A stretch of DNA of 64,000 nucleotides from Bacteroidales bacterium (lineage in GTDB: Bacteria; Bacteroidota; Bacteroidia; Bacteroidales; Azobacteroidaceae). A program made the position numbers and the translations under genes. The stretch lies in assembly GCA_031553775.1 (NCBI GenBank), contig JAVBLA010000024.1, positions 381 to 64,380 on the forward strand, read 5' to 3'. Shown piece after piece: positions 1 to 8,327 of this stretch (positions within the stretch are counted from its first letter, which is position 1; each line of letters opens with the position of its first letter). The notes beneath the pieces are model-generated. The model did no database searches. It was not told the origin of the DNA and saw nothing but the letters and a program-made list of their open reading frames with translations.

Positions 1-623
1 ATTTCCTGAGCCAGGACAGGGCCATACGTGCAAAACTCAGGTTAAACCTGGGCAGTGAAATACATAAAGGATCAGTAATGGATGATCTAAAATCAAATAG
101 TAATTCTTATGCTACTGTAGAAGATAAACAAACCATTAAACACACTGATATTCAGTTGGAAGTCGGATATGAATTTCGCAGAGGTTATGGCCGTTTGCAG
201 GGGTTTTACGGAGCAGGGGTCGCCATCGGATGTGAAAATCTACAAACCGATTATGAGTACGGTAATGCCATGACCAATAGCAACCGGACACCTTCTACTA
301 CAAATTTCGTAACCGGTACTACAATTTACCCTTCCTCAAGAATATTAGAAGCCAGCACGGGCACATCATTCAATATCGGTATCAACGGTTTTGTCGGGGT
401 TGAATATTTTGTGGCGCCTAAACTGAGTATCGGAGCAGAATTCAGCGCTAATCTGGCCTATGCTTTCAGTGGAAAAGGAAAATTCAAACAGGAAAATTAC
501 AATAGTACTAAATCTTCTGTTGAAATTATCGATGCTGATGTATATTCTCCTCAGATACCTGCCTCTAAGATAGGTTTTCATACTGTTACGGAAGGAAACT
601 TATACATCTTGTTTCATTTCTAA
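1..623 (+). CDS. outer-membrane beta-barrel (porin-like) protein, 5-prime end probably cut by window edge
   Basis: Frame is open from base 3 with no stop before the listed ATG at 78. Gly/aromatic-rich alternating strands; ends LYILFHF (C-terminal Phe typical of OM barrels). Confidence 0.55.
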   Translation, partial: FLSQDRAIRAKLRLNLGSEIHKGSVMDDLKSNSNSYATVEDKQTIKHTDIQLEVGYEFRRGYGRLQGFYGAGVAIGCENLQTDYEYGNAMTNSNRTPSTTNFVTGTTIYPSSRILEASTGTSFNIGINGFVGVEYFVAPKLSIGAEFSANLAYAFSGKGKFKQENYNSTKSSVEIIDADVYSPQIPASKIGFHTVTEGNLYILFHF

Positions 624-641
624 ATGGTGGGAGGCTTATTT

Positions 642-1073
642 ATGAAACAAAAGCTGTTTTTCATTTTTTTATTGAACATACTTTTGTTCACTGCCTGTTC
701 GGATAATGCAGCGGATTTCGGGATAAATACGATTAGTTATGATTATTCCGGCAAGTTAAACAGGTTGTATATCTATAGTTATAGCAATACACAATACCTA
801 ATATTGTATAATACATCAGATGATTCCAATTACGAGTTAGTATTCAAGTATACTACACCGTATGATGGCTCTATTCATGAAAAGTACAATTGTCCTGATG
901 AATTAGCTCTGATATCAATTCTTTGGGATAAAACACTTATTGACATTCGCAGTTTTTCAGGAACAGTAACCACTAAAAACTCCGGTGGCTCTCTTTGGGT
1001 TGAAATCAAAGGACAAACAGATAATCCAGATAATCCTGTATATATAAAAGGATATACTGAAATAACCCGTTGA
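642..1073 (+). CDS. hypothetical lipoprotein
   Basis: ATG at 642 gives MKQKLFFIFLLNILLFTAC, a signal peptide plus lipobox Cys. No family recognised. Resembles the next ORF (SYDYSGKLNRLYIYSY vs SYDYGNSLTYIYRYAY). Confidence 0.6.
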   Translation: MKQKLFFIFLLNILLFTACSDNAADFGINTISYDYSGKLNRLYIYSYSNTQYLILYNTSDDSNYELVFKYTTPYDGSIHEKYNCPDELALISILWDKTLIDIRSFSGTVTTKNSGGSLWVEIKGQTDNPDNPVYIKGYTEITR

Positions 1074-1096
1074 TCTTACTATTAAAATTAAACATC

Positions 1097-1558
1097 ATGA
1101 AATATTCATTATATTTGGCAAGTATCTTATTATTACTTGTATTAGCCGGATGCGAGAAAGAAGGAGATTTAGGTTACAATAAGAATGATGGAGGATTGGT
1201 TACTCCTCATTCTTACGATTATGGGAATTCGCTTACTTATATATACAGGTACGCATACAGCGACTTCATTATTTATAATAATTCAGGAAGTATGCAGGAA
1301 GTACGTATCAGATTTTCATCTACCTATAATAATCCGCCAACCGGAACATTCTATATTGAAAAAGAAGAGTTTTCAATACCTACTTTTTCATTTGGAGGAA
1401 AAAGCTATTACACAACTAAAAACATATCGGGGCACCTGAAAATTACTCCGGTTTTAAATAAAAATTATTATTATTCCGTCAGCTTTTATATAACAGTATT
1501 AGCAGACAACAAAACATTTCACCTGTCTGGCAATAATGATAACACTTATTATTATTGA
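1097..1558 (+). CDS. hypothetical lipoprotein, paralog of 642..1073
   Basis: ATG at 1097 gives MKYSLYLASILLLLVLAGC (lipobox). Shares motifs with the upstream ORF. Confidence 0.6.
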   Translation: MKYSLYLASILLLLVLAGCEKEGDLGYNKNDGGLVTPHSYDYGNSLTYIYRYAYSDFIIYNNSGSMQEVRIRFSSTYNNPPTGTFYIEKEEFSIPTFSFGGKSYYTTKNISGHLKITPVLNKNYYYSVSFYITVLADNKTFHLSGNNDNTYYY

Positions 1559-1596
1559 TAAATAATAGCGGAAAATATAATCCATCTATATTTATT

Positions 1597-3783
1597 TTAC
1601 CTGACAAACATCAATTCCCGGTACTTCGGTAATGGCCACATTTCGTTATCCACAATCAGTTCCAGCTCATCGATATGCTTGCGGATATCGTCCAGAAACG
1701 GAAGTACCGTATCGTGGTAAGCCAGGGCTTTTTCGCGACCGTCTTCCAAACGGTTGGAAACTTTACGTGCTTCGATCATGAACGCCACTTTAGAGCGGAC
1801 GGCCGACAGGTGATGTTTCATTTCCCGGATCAGGGATTCGACTTCCTGAATCTCATCTTCGGATGTCAGATTGAATAATTCTTTGTATTTCAGGGCATTT
1901 TCTATCAGTAAGGTCTGGTAGCGAATTCCTACGGGAATGATATGGTTCATGGCCAAATCGCCTAAAACACGGGATTCTATCTGGATTTTTTTTGTATAGA
2001 TTTCCCATTTCACCTCATTCCGGGCATGCAATTCCACTTCTGTAAAGATGTTTGTATTTTTGAATATCCGTACCGATTCGGGAGTAGTATAAGCATCGTA
2101 TATGACCGGGACACAGGTTTCACAATCCAATCCGCGACGTTCGGCTTCTTCTCTCCACTCACCGCTGTAACCATTTCCATCGAAACGAATCGGCTTGGAA
2201 GCTTCTATATAAGACTGCATCACATCGAAAAGTGCTTCTTCTTTCAATTTTCCGCTTTTGATCAAGGCATCCACTTCTTTTTTGAAATCCTGTAACTGGG
2301 CGGCCACAGCTGCATTCAATGCAATCATAGCAGAGGCACAGTTAGCAGAAGACCCTACTGCGCGGAACTCAAAGCGATTACCGGTAAAAGCGAAAGGAGA
2401 AGTCCGGTTCCGGTCGGTATTATCAATCAGCAACTCGGGAATTTGCCCCACGCCGAGACGCATTTTTTTCTTTCCGTCTGAAATCACCGCTTCCTTGGTA
2501 GAACTGTCTTCGAATTTGTCCAGAATTTTATTGATTTGCGTACCCAAAAACGTAGAAATGATCGCCGGAGGCGCTTCATTTGCTCCCAGGCGATGTGCAT
2601 TGGTAGCGGTAGAAATACTGGCTTTAAGCAGTGCATTATGTTTATGCACAGCCATCAGGATATTGGTAATAAAACAGATAAACTGCAGGTTCTCCGTCTG
2701 GTCTTTTCCCGGGGAAAGCAGGTTAACACCCTGTTCTGTTCCCAGTGACCAGTTGCAATGTTTACCCGATCCATTCACCCCTTTGAAAGGTTTTTCATGC
2801 AGTAATACCCGGAATTTATGTTTGCGTGCCACTTTTTTCATGACCGACATCAGCAAGAGATTGTGATCGACCGCCAGATTCGCTTCCTCATAAATCGGAG
2901 CCAATTCGAACTGATTGGGAGCCACTTCATTATGCCGCGTCTTCACCGGAATACCCAAGCGATAACATTCACGTTCCAGGTCTTTCATATAAGCCTGTAC
3001 CCGGGGTGGGATCGCTCCGAAATAATGGTCTTCCAGCTGCTGGTTCTTGGCAGACTCATGTCCCATGAGCGTACGCTGAGTGAGCGACAAATCCGGACGG
3101 GCCTGGTACAATGCATCGTCTACCAGGAAATATTCCTGTTCCCATCCCAAATAAGTGATCACCTTTTCCACATCGGCATTGAAATACCGGCAAACATCGG
3201 TGGCCGCTTTATTGATGGCACTGATCGATTTCAGCAGAGGAGTTTTATAATCTAAAGCTTCGCCTGTATAAGAAATAAATACAGTGGGAATACACAAAGT
3301 ATTATCTACGATGAATGCCGGAGAAGAAGGATCCCAGGCAGAATAACCGCGGGCTTCGAAAGTATTGCGGAGTCCACCACTGGGAAAACTGGAAGCATCC
3401 GGTTCCTGCTGCGCCAGGAGCTTACCGCTCAGTTCTTCGATCAGTCCCCCGTTCCCGTCCAATTCGATAAACGCATCGTGTTTCTCAGCCGTTCCATCGG
3501 TCAGCGGATGAAACCAGTGCGTATAATGTGTAGCGCCTTTCTCCATGGCCCACATCCGTAATCCGGCAGCCACATGTTCGGCTACGGAACGATCCAGGGT
3601 AGTGCCTTTGTCAATGGCATCGCTGATGAGCTGGAAAGTTTCCTTTGAAAGATATTTCCGCATAGTCTGCCGGTTAAAAACATCCACTCCGAAATATCCG
3701 GAAGTTTTTCCGACCGACGGTTCCATTTCTACCGGAATCCTGTTAAGCGCTCGCTCTACTGCGTTGAATCGTAAATTAGACAT
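1597..3783 (-). CDS. glnN: glutamine synthetase, type III
   Basis: 728 codons from the ATG at 3783 (MSNLRFNAVERAL...). Length and the NGSGKHCNWS signature fit Bacteroides-type GSIII (about 729 aa). The listed 846-aa ORF adds a 118-codon extension antisense to the sigma gene. Confidence 0.92.
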   Translation of the reverse strand: MSNLRFNAVERALNRIPVEMEPSVGKTSGYFGVDVFNRQTMRKYLSKETFQLISDAIDKGTTLDRSVAEHVAAGLRMWAMEKGATHYTHWFHPLTDGTAEKHDAFIELDGNGGLIEELSGKLLAQQEPDASSFPSGGLRNTFEARGYSAWDPSSPAFIVDNTLCIPTVFISYTGEALDYKTPLLKSISAINKAATDVCRYFNADVEKVITYLGWEQEYFLVDDALYQARPDLSLTQRTLMGHESAKNQQLEDHYFGAIPPRVQAYMKDLERECYRLGIPVKTRHNEVAPNQFELAPIYEEANLAVDHNLLLMSVMKKVARKHKFRVLLHEKPFKGVNGSGKHCNWSLGTEQGVNLLSPGKDQTENLQFICFITNILMAVHKHNALLKASISTATNAHRLGANEAPPAIISTFLGTQINKILDKFEDSSTKEAVISDGKKKMRLGVGQIPELLIDNTDRNRTSPFAFTGNRFEFRAVGSSANCASAMIALNAAVAAQLQDFKKEVDALIKSGKLKEEALFDVMQSYIEASKPIRFDGNGYSGEWREEAERRGLDCETCVPVIYDAYTTPESVRIFKNTNIFTEVELHARNEVKWEIYTKKIQIESRVLGDLAMNHIIPVGIRYQTLLIENALKYKELFNLTSEDEIQEVESLIREMKHHLSAVRSKVAFMIEARKVSNRLEDGREKALAYHDTVLPFLDDIRKHIDELELIVDNEMWPLPKYRELMFVR

Positions 3784-3800
3784 ATTGCTTATTTTTTTGG

Positions 3801-3808
3801 CAAAGGTA
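3801..3808 (-). promoter_or_regulatory. putative -7 promoter box (TACCTTTG on minus strand) for glnN
   Basis: Matches the Bacteroidota TAnnTTTG -7 consensus, 17 nt upstream of the glnN ATG. Confidence 0.5.
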
Positions 3809-3843
3809 GTATTTTTTTGAAATTGTTTATTGTATTTTTTTCC

Positions 3844-3851
3844 TACATTTG
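3844..3851 (+). promoter_or_regulatory. putative -7 promoter box (TACATTTG) for ECF sigma operon
   Basis: TAnnTTTG match 19 nt upstream of the ATG at 3871. Confidence 0.5.
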
Positions 3852-3870
3852 TCGCAAATTTTGTCTGAAT

Positions 3871-4416
3871 ATGTACAAAGAAGAAGAAATTATCGCCCAG
3901 TTGAGGGATCCGGTATCTCAAAAGCGTGCTTTCGGCATGGTTGTAACGCATTACAGCGAAAAAATATACTGGCAGATCCGGAAAATGGTGATCGATCACG
4001 AAGATACCAACGATCTGGTACAGAATACATTTCTCAAGGCATGGTCGAATATCAATTATTTCCGGGGAGATGCCAAACTTTCTACCTGGTTGTACCGGAT
4101 CGCTATTAATGAATGTATTACTTTTCTGACGAACCAACGCCAGAAAAACAATATATCGGTAGACGATGCCGATGTTTTTCTCCTGAATAAACTGGAAAGT
4201 GATAGCTATTTCGATGGAGACGAAGCAGTACTAAAACTTCAGAAAGCAATTCTGTCCCTGCCAGAAAAACAACGGCTGGTTTTCAATATGCGTTATTATA
4301 ATGAGATGAGCTACGATGAAATGTCGGATATACTCGGCACTTCAGTAGGTGCATTGAAAGCCTCTTATCATCATGCTGCCAAAAAAATTGAAAAATTTTT
4401 AACAAACGTACATTAA
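3871..4416 (+). CDS. RNA polymerase ECF-type sigma-70 family factor
   Basis: 181 aa from the ATG at 3871. Region 2 (DLVQNTFLKAWSNINYFRGDAKLSTWLYRIAINECI) and region 4 (LPEKQRLVFNMRYYNEMSYDEMSDILGTSVGALKASYHHA) signatures. Confidence 0.9.
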   Translation: MYKEEEIIAQLRDPVSQKRAFGMVVTHYSEKIYWQIRKMVIDHEDTNDLVQNTFLKAWSNINYFRGDAKLSTWLYRIAINECITFLTNQRQKNNISVDDADVFLLNKLESDSYFDGDEAVLKLQKAILSLPEKQRLVFNMRYYNEMSYDEMSDILGTSVGALKASYHHAAKKIEKFLTNVH

Positions 4417-4451
4417 ACCTTTAAATGACCTATTTGTCTAACATCCCGTAA

Positions 4452-4844
4452 ATGATTCCAATCATGAACAAAAAATATCCAAAAACAGAAGAAACAGGTA
4501 ATAAAAATCCGTATAAAGTGCCGGAAGGTTATTTTGACGAATTGAATCAAAATATCCTGAACCGGTTGGATGAAGTTACCGTAGAAATGCCGGAAACCAT
4601 CAGCCTGTGGAACCGTGTAAAACCCTGGGTTTATATGGCAGCCATGTTTATCGGTATTGCATTGATGTTTAAAGTCTTCAGTGGTGACTTTAATCCGTCG
4701 TCGGATAAACTGGCCAAGAGTGAAAGCATCAGGTTACAGCAAAATTATTTTGAAGATGAAAATTATGAGGAAGTCTACGATTACTTAGAGTACCAGACTA
4801 TCAAGCATAATTATAGAGAAAGCGTATATATCAGTGAAAATTAA
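4452..4844 (+). CDS. single-pass membrane protein, possible anti-sigma factor
   Basis: Immediately downstream of the ECF sigma gene. One hydrophobic helix (WVYMAAMFIGIALMFKVF). No conserved anti-sigma motif recognised; start could be 4464. Confidence 0.45.
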   Translation: MIPIMNKKYPKTEETGNKNPYKVPEGYFDELNQNILNRLDEVTVEMPETISLWNRVKPWVYMAAMFIGIALMFKVFSGDFNPSSDKLAKSESIRLQQNYFEDENYEEVYDYLEYQTIKHNYRESVYISEN

Positions 4845-4855
4845 ACAGATTAGTC

Positions 4856-5395
4856 ATGAAAAAATGTATTATTTTCAGTCTCCTGCTGTGTTTTACTTTT
4901 ACAGGTATTGTATCTGCACAAAACAAGGGTGATAAAAAAGATGACAAGAGAGACGAGAAAAGGAAAGAAAGTTTTGAAAATTTCCGGGCAAAAAGAGCAG
5001 CCTTCATCACTGAAAGAGTGAAGCTGACTCCCGAAGAAGCACAGGTTTTCTGGCCCTTGTGTAACGAATTACAGGAAAAAAAATTTGAGCTCAATAAACC
5101 GCTACGCGAAAACTGGAAGAAACTCCGCGACTCCAAAAAGGAAATGACCAGCGAAGAGTATCTGAAAATAATCGATATGAATGCGGATATTAAACTCAAA
5201 GAAGCCCAGTTAGACAAAGAGTATTTGGAGAAATTCAAGAAAGTTCTTTCTCCGGAAAAAATCTTTAAGTATCAACGGGCCGAAGAAGAATTTATGCGGC
5301 AAATGTTTACTCCGAGGAATAAGGAAATGCATGGACATGATAAATCAAGGCAGGTTCCGGGAGCTCCGCGGCCATCTGACAAGCCTAACAAATGA
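4856..5395 (+). CDS. secreted Lys/Glu-rich helical protein, Spy/CpxP-like periplasmic protein
   Basis: Signal peptide MKKCIIFSLLLCFTFTGIVSAQ. Charged helical repeats with LTPEEAQ / LSPEKI motifs. Third gene of the sigma operon. Confidence 0.45.
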   Translation: MKKCIIFSLLLCFTFTGIVSAQNKGDKKDDKRDEKRKESFENFRAKRAAFITERVKLTPEEAQVFWPLCNELQEKKFELNKPLRENWKKLRDSKKEMTSEEYLKIIDMNADIKLKEAQLDKEYLEKFKKVLSPEKIFKYQRAEEEFMRQMFTPRNKEMHGHDKSRQVPGAPRPSDKPNK

Positions 5396-5478
5396 GGCTT
5401 TTATAGAAATTTTCGAGAATCTATCTGTACGGATTTAAAATATTGAACCCGTACGGTGTAATCGCAAAAAGAATAAAA

Positions 5479-5520
5479 AAACAGGTTGTTTCTTTGAATT
5501 GAAACAGCCTGTTTTGCTTT
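5479..5520. terminator. bidirectional rho-independent terminator
   Basis: AAACAGGTTGTTTC / GAAACAGCCTGTTT 14-bp stem (one G:U), 8-nt loop. Followed by a T-run on both strands. Lies between convergent genes ending at 5395 and 5532. Confidence 0.75.
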
Positions 5521-5531
5521 TGGCCTGAAAG

Positions 5532-6527
5532 TTATTTATTCCCGACCTGTCTTCTCACTTCATCCAAAATTTCCATAGTGACCAGGGTATTTTGATGGGT
5601 ATTAGCGGGAGATTCTAATGTCCCGGATTGAATCTGGTCGATAAAATCTGCTATTTCATAATAATACTCATGATGGATAGCCGGTTGTGTGAGATTTTCT
5701 ATTGTTTTTTCCCTCCGGTTATGCAGACAGACATCACTGATGATATTGATGCGATCGAGGGTGATAGTGCCTTCTTCTCCCTGTATTTCCGTAGGAAGAG
5801 AAGAATCTGCAATTTTGGAATACATCACTGTGGCCAATAGATCATCATAAGTAAACTGAACGGTTCCGGCTCCATCCACTCCATTGTGAAGTAAAAAACC
5901 GGAAGCTTTGATTTGTTTCGGCCGTCCGAATAAAACGACCATTGGATAGATGGTATACACGCCGATATCCATTAATGCTCCGACAGACATGCCGGGTGTG
6001 AAGGCATTCAATACCTCTCCTGCCTTGAAACGGTCATATCTGGACGAATATTGGCAAAAACAGGAGAAATAACTCCTCACCTGCCCGATCCTGTTGAGAT
6101 TCCGGATTACCTGTATAAAATTGGGTGTCAGTGTAGGTTTCATGGCTTCCATCAGCACCAGATTCCGGTTCCGGGCCTCCCTGACCATAGATTCGGCTTC
6201 CGGAAACGAAGCGGCAAAAGCTTTTTCGCATAGCACATGTTTACCGTGTGAAAGGCACAACAAGGTATGCTCGGCATGCAGAAAATTTGGGGAGGCTACA
6301 TAGACGGCATCGATCAGATTGCCGGCAAGCATGTCTTCCAGACGGGTAAAAGTATGTGGAATGCCGTGTTTCCGGGCAAAAGCATCGGCGCTTTCCTGTG
6401 TACGGGAATAGATGGCGATGGCTTCGAAACGGGGATCTTCATGGCCGGCTTCTATGATCCGGTCGGAAATGAAGTTGGTGCCGATGATGCCGAATTTTAC
6501 TGGGGATTGTTTTTGTATCTCCTTCAT
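5532..6527 (-). CDS. Gfo/Idh/MocA family oxidoreductase
   Basis: N-terminal Rossmann fold (VKFGIIGTNFISDRI) and the EKAFA motif (HVLCEKAFA) typical of the family. Confidence 0.85.
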   Translation of the reverse strand: MKEIQKQSPVKFGIIGTNFISDRIIEAGHEDPRFEAIAIYSRTQESADAFARKHGIPHTFTRLEDMLAGNLIDAVYVASPNFLHAEHTLLCLSHGKHVLCEKAFAASFPEAESMVREARNRNLVLMEAMKPTLTPNFIQVIRNLNRIGQVRSYFSCFCQYSSRYDRFKAGEVLNAFTPGMSVGALMDIGVYTIYPMVVLFGRPKQIKASGFLLHNGVDGAGTVQFTYDDLLATVMYSKIADSSLPTEIQGEEGTITLDRINIISDVCLHNRREKTIENLTQPAIHHEYYYEIADFIDQIQSGTLESPANTHQNTLVTMEILDEVRRQVGNK

Positions 6528-6573
6528 ATATAGATTTTTTGCTTTCAGCCTAATTTACAATGTGAGAACTTAA

Positions 6574-7275
6574 TCAGAAAAAACAAGCCACAGAAATCTT
6601 GATATTACCATTCCGGATAGGAGAAAGACTATTCTCATCTTTCACTCTCTTCCAACCGTCCATATCCATGATATCCACAAGACCCAGATCATATCCGGCT
6701 GTAATCTGAGCTTTTTTGAATTCGACACCTATCATAAATGCCAATCCGGCATCGAAACGTTTCATTTTAAGGGCGGCATTATCGGAAAACATATCTTCAC
6801 TAGCATAAACTCCATAAGCAATATATGGGCCTGCTCCTAAGACACAACTTAGATTAGATGTTTCTGTTATTTTATAGCCTGCATAGACAGGTAATTGAAT
6901 GTAATTCAAATTTGCATCCATTGTCTCTGCTAACCCTAATATTTTAACCTTATATATAGCCCCTACAGTTGTAAATAACAATTCCGGCTGGATAAAAAAG
7001 CTATTAATGTTATATTGAGCAACACCCCCTACATGAAATCCTGTTTTATACGAAGTAGAAAATTTCATATCAATGCCAAATGTTTCAAACAGTTCAGGAA
7101 ATTCATTTTCTATTTCTCCTATTGCTTTATTCATCAGATTATCAAAACCGGTAATCGTTGAATTATTCATTCCTGCCTTGATTCCGAATCTTAGTTCTTG
7201 CCCGTTTGTAAAAATAATAAAGGCAAATAAGGATAACACCGTAAACAGCACTTTAAATAAATTTTTCTTACGCAT
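6574..7275 (-). CDS. porin-family outer-membrane beta-barrel protein
   Basis: Signal peptide, alternating beta-strand pattern, ends SVACFF. 233 aa; paralog of 7447..8139. Confidence 0.75.
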   Translation of the reverse strand: MRKKNLFKVLFTVLSLFAFIIFTNGQELRFGIKAGMNNSTITGFDNLMNKAIGEIENEFPELFETFGIDMKFSTSYKTGFHVGGVAQYNINSFFIQPELLFTTVGAIYKVKILGLAETMDANLNYIQLPVYAGYKITETSNLSCVLGAGPYIAYGVYASEDMFSDNAALKMKRFDAGLAFMIGVEFKKAQITAGYDLGLVDIMDMDGWKRVKDENSLSPIRNGNIKISVACFF

Positions 7276-7318
7276 AATGATTTTAATTTTTTCTTATACG
7301 TGGATTTTCATTCTCCAG

Positions 7319-7326
7319 CAAAGATA
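7319..7326 (-). promoter_or_regulatory. putative -7 box (TATCTTTG on minus strand) for porin gene 6574..7275
   Basis: TAnnTTTG match 43 nt upstream of the ATG at 7275. Confidence 0.4.
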
Positions 7327-7387
7327 AAAAAATATTGGCATTTAGGTTATTCATCAATAATAAATACCTGCTATTTCATAAAACGAG

Positions 7388-7423
7388 GAAAGCCTCTTCA
7401 AATAAAAATCTGAGGAGGCTTTC
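7388..7423 (-). terminator. putative terminator of porin gene 7447..8139
   Basis: GAAAGCCTC / GAGGCTTTC 9-bp stem, 24 nt after the stop. Followed on the minus strand by CTCGTTTTAT. Confidence 0.5.
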
Positions 7424-7446
7424 ATTATATCTAAGAATTAAAATAA

Positions 7447-8139
7447 TCAGAAGAAATAGGCAGCTGAAACTTTAATATTGCTATTTCTGATAGATGAAAG
7501 ATCAAGTGCTTTTTTGGCATCACTCCAACCTTCTGCTCCCACCATATCCACGAGGCCCAGGTCATATCCTACAGTTACCTGAATTTTGCTAATTTCAACT
7601 CCTCCCATAAAAGAAAGACCTGCATCAAATCTTTTTAGCAGACCATCATCAGAAAAAATATCATCAGAACCTGAAATTGCATATGCAAGATACGGACCGG
7701 CTCCTAAAATAACATTTAAGCCCAAACCTGCCGGTATTTTATAACCTACATAGATAGGTAATTGCAGATAATTTAAGTTTATATTTTCCGATTCACTAGC
7801 AGATACTCCGGCCACTTTTGCTTTTATTTCATTTCCCATTCCCAAGGAAGAATATAAAAGCTCGGGTTGAATAAAAAGGCTACCCATCTCAAATTGAGCA
7901 ACAAGTCCTAAATGGAATCCTAATTTGTAAGAAGTGGAGTAACTAATGTCTGCACCTTCAAATTCTTCAGAAAACTCATCTGCATAACTTAATGTTTTAT
8001 CCATCATATCTCCAAAACCAGACACGTTGGAGGCGTTCAAACCGGCCTTAACCCCAAATTTCAAACCTTGAGCATTCGTAAAAGCAACAAATGTAAATAA
8101 AACCAAAGCTGTAAACAGCACTTTAGATAAATTTTTCAT
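7447..8139 (-). CDS. porin-family outer-membrane beta-barrel protein (tandem paralog)
   Basis: ATG at 8139 (MKNLSKVLFTALVLFTFVAFTNAQ); the listed start at 8145 is TTG. Collinear similarity with 6574..7275; ends SAAYFF. Confidence 0.75.
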   Translation of the reverse strand: MKNLSKVLFTALVLFTFVAFTNAQGLKFGVKAGLNASNVSGFGDMMDKTLSYADEFSEEFEGADISYSTSYKLGFHLGLVAQFEMGSLFIQPELLYSSLGMGNEIKAKVAGVSASESENINLNYLQLPIYVGYKIPAGLGLNVILGAGPYLAYAISGSDDIFSDDGLLKRFDAGLSFMGGVEISKIQVTVGYDLGLVDMVGAEGWSDAKKALDLSSIRNSNIKVSAAYFF

Positions 8140-8204
8140 ATGCAAAAATCGATTAGTTTGCCCCTACTCTTTTGTGGATTTTCAGGATTCTCCATTTTTT
8201 TTAG

Positions 8205-8212
8205 CAAAGGTA
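8205..8212 (-). promoter_or_regulatory. putative -7 box (TACCTTTG on minus strand) for porin gene 7447..8139
   Basis: TAnnTTTG match 65 nt upstream of the ATG. Confidence 0.4.
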
Positions 8213-8272
8213 AAGATATTTATGAAATTTCCTACTTTTCTCAAAAATTTTTCAACAGAATTTTCTAAAAGG

Positions 8273-8302
8273 ATAAAAAAAAGGGTGTCAAAAGACACCC
8301 TT
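8273..8302 (-). terminator. rho-independent terminator of the EF-G paralog
   Basis: AAGGGTGTC-TTTT-GACACCCTT hairpin followed by a T-run on the minus strand, 26 nt after the stop at 8328. Confidence 0.85.
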
Positions 8303-8327
8303 TCAATAATTATCAAACGAATCCTGA

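Noticed and set aside
3784-4137. 118-codon N-terminal extension of the 846-aa glnN ORF
   Set aside because: It runs antisense through the well-supported ECF sigma gene and its promoter. GSIII homologs are about 729 aa, and an ATG with a TAnnTTTG box 17 nt upstream sits at 3783.
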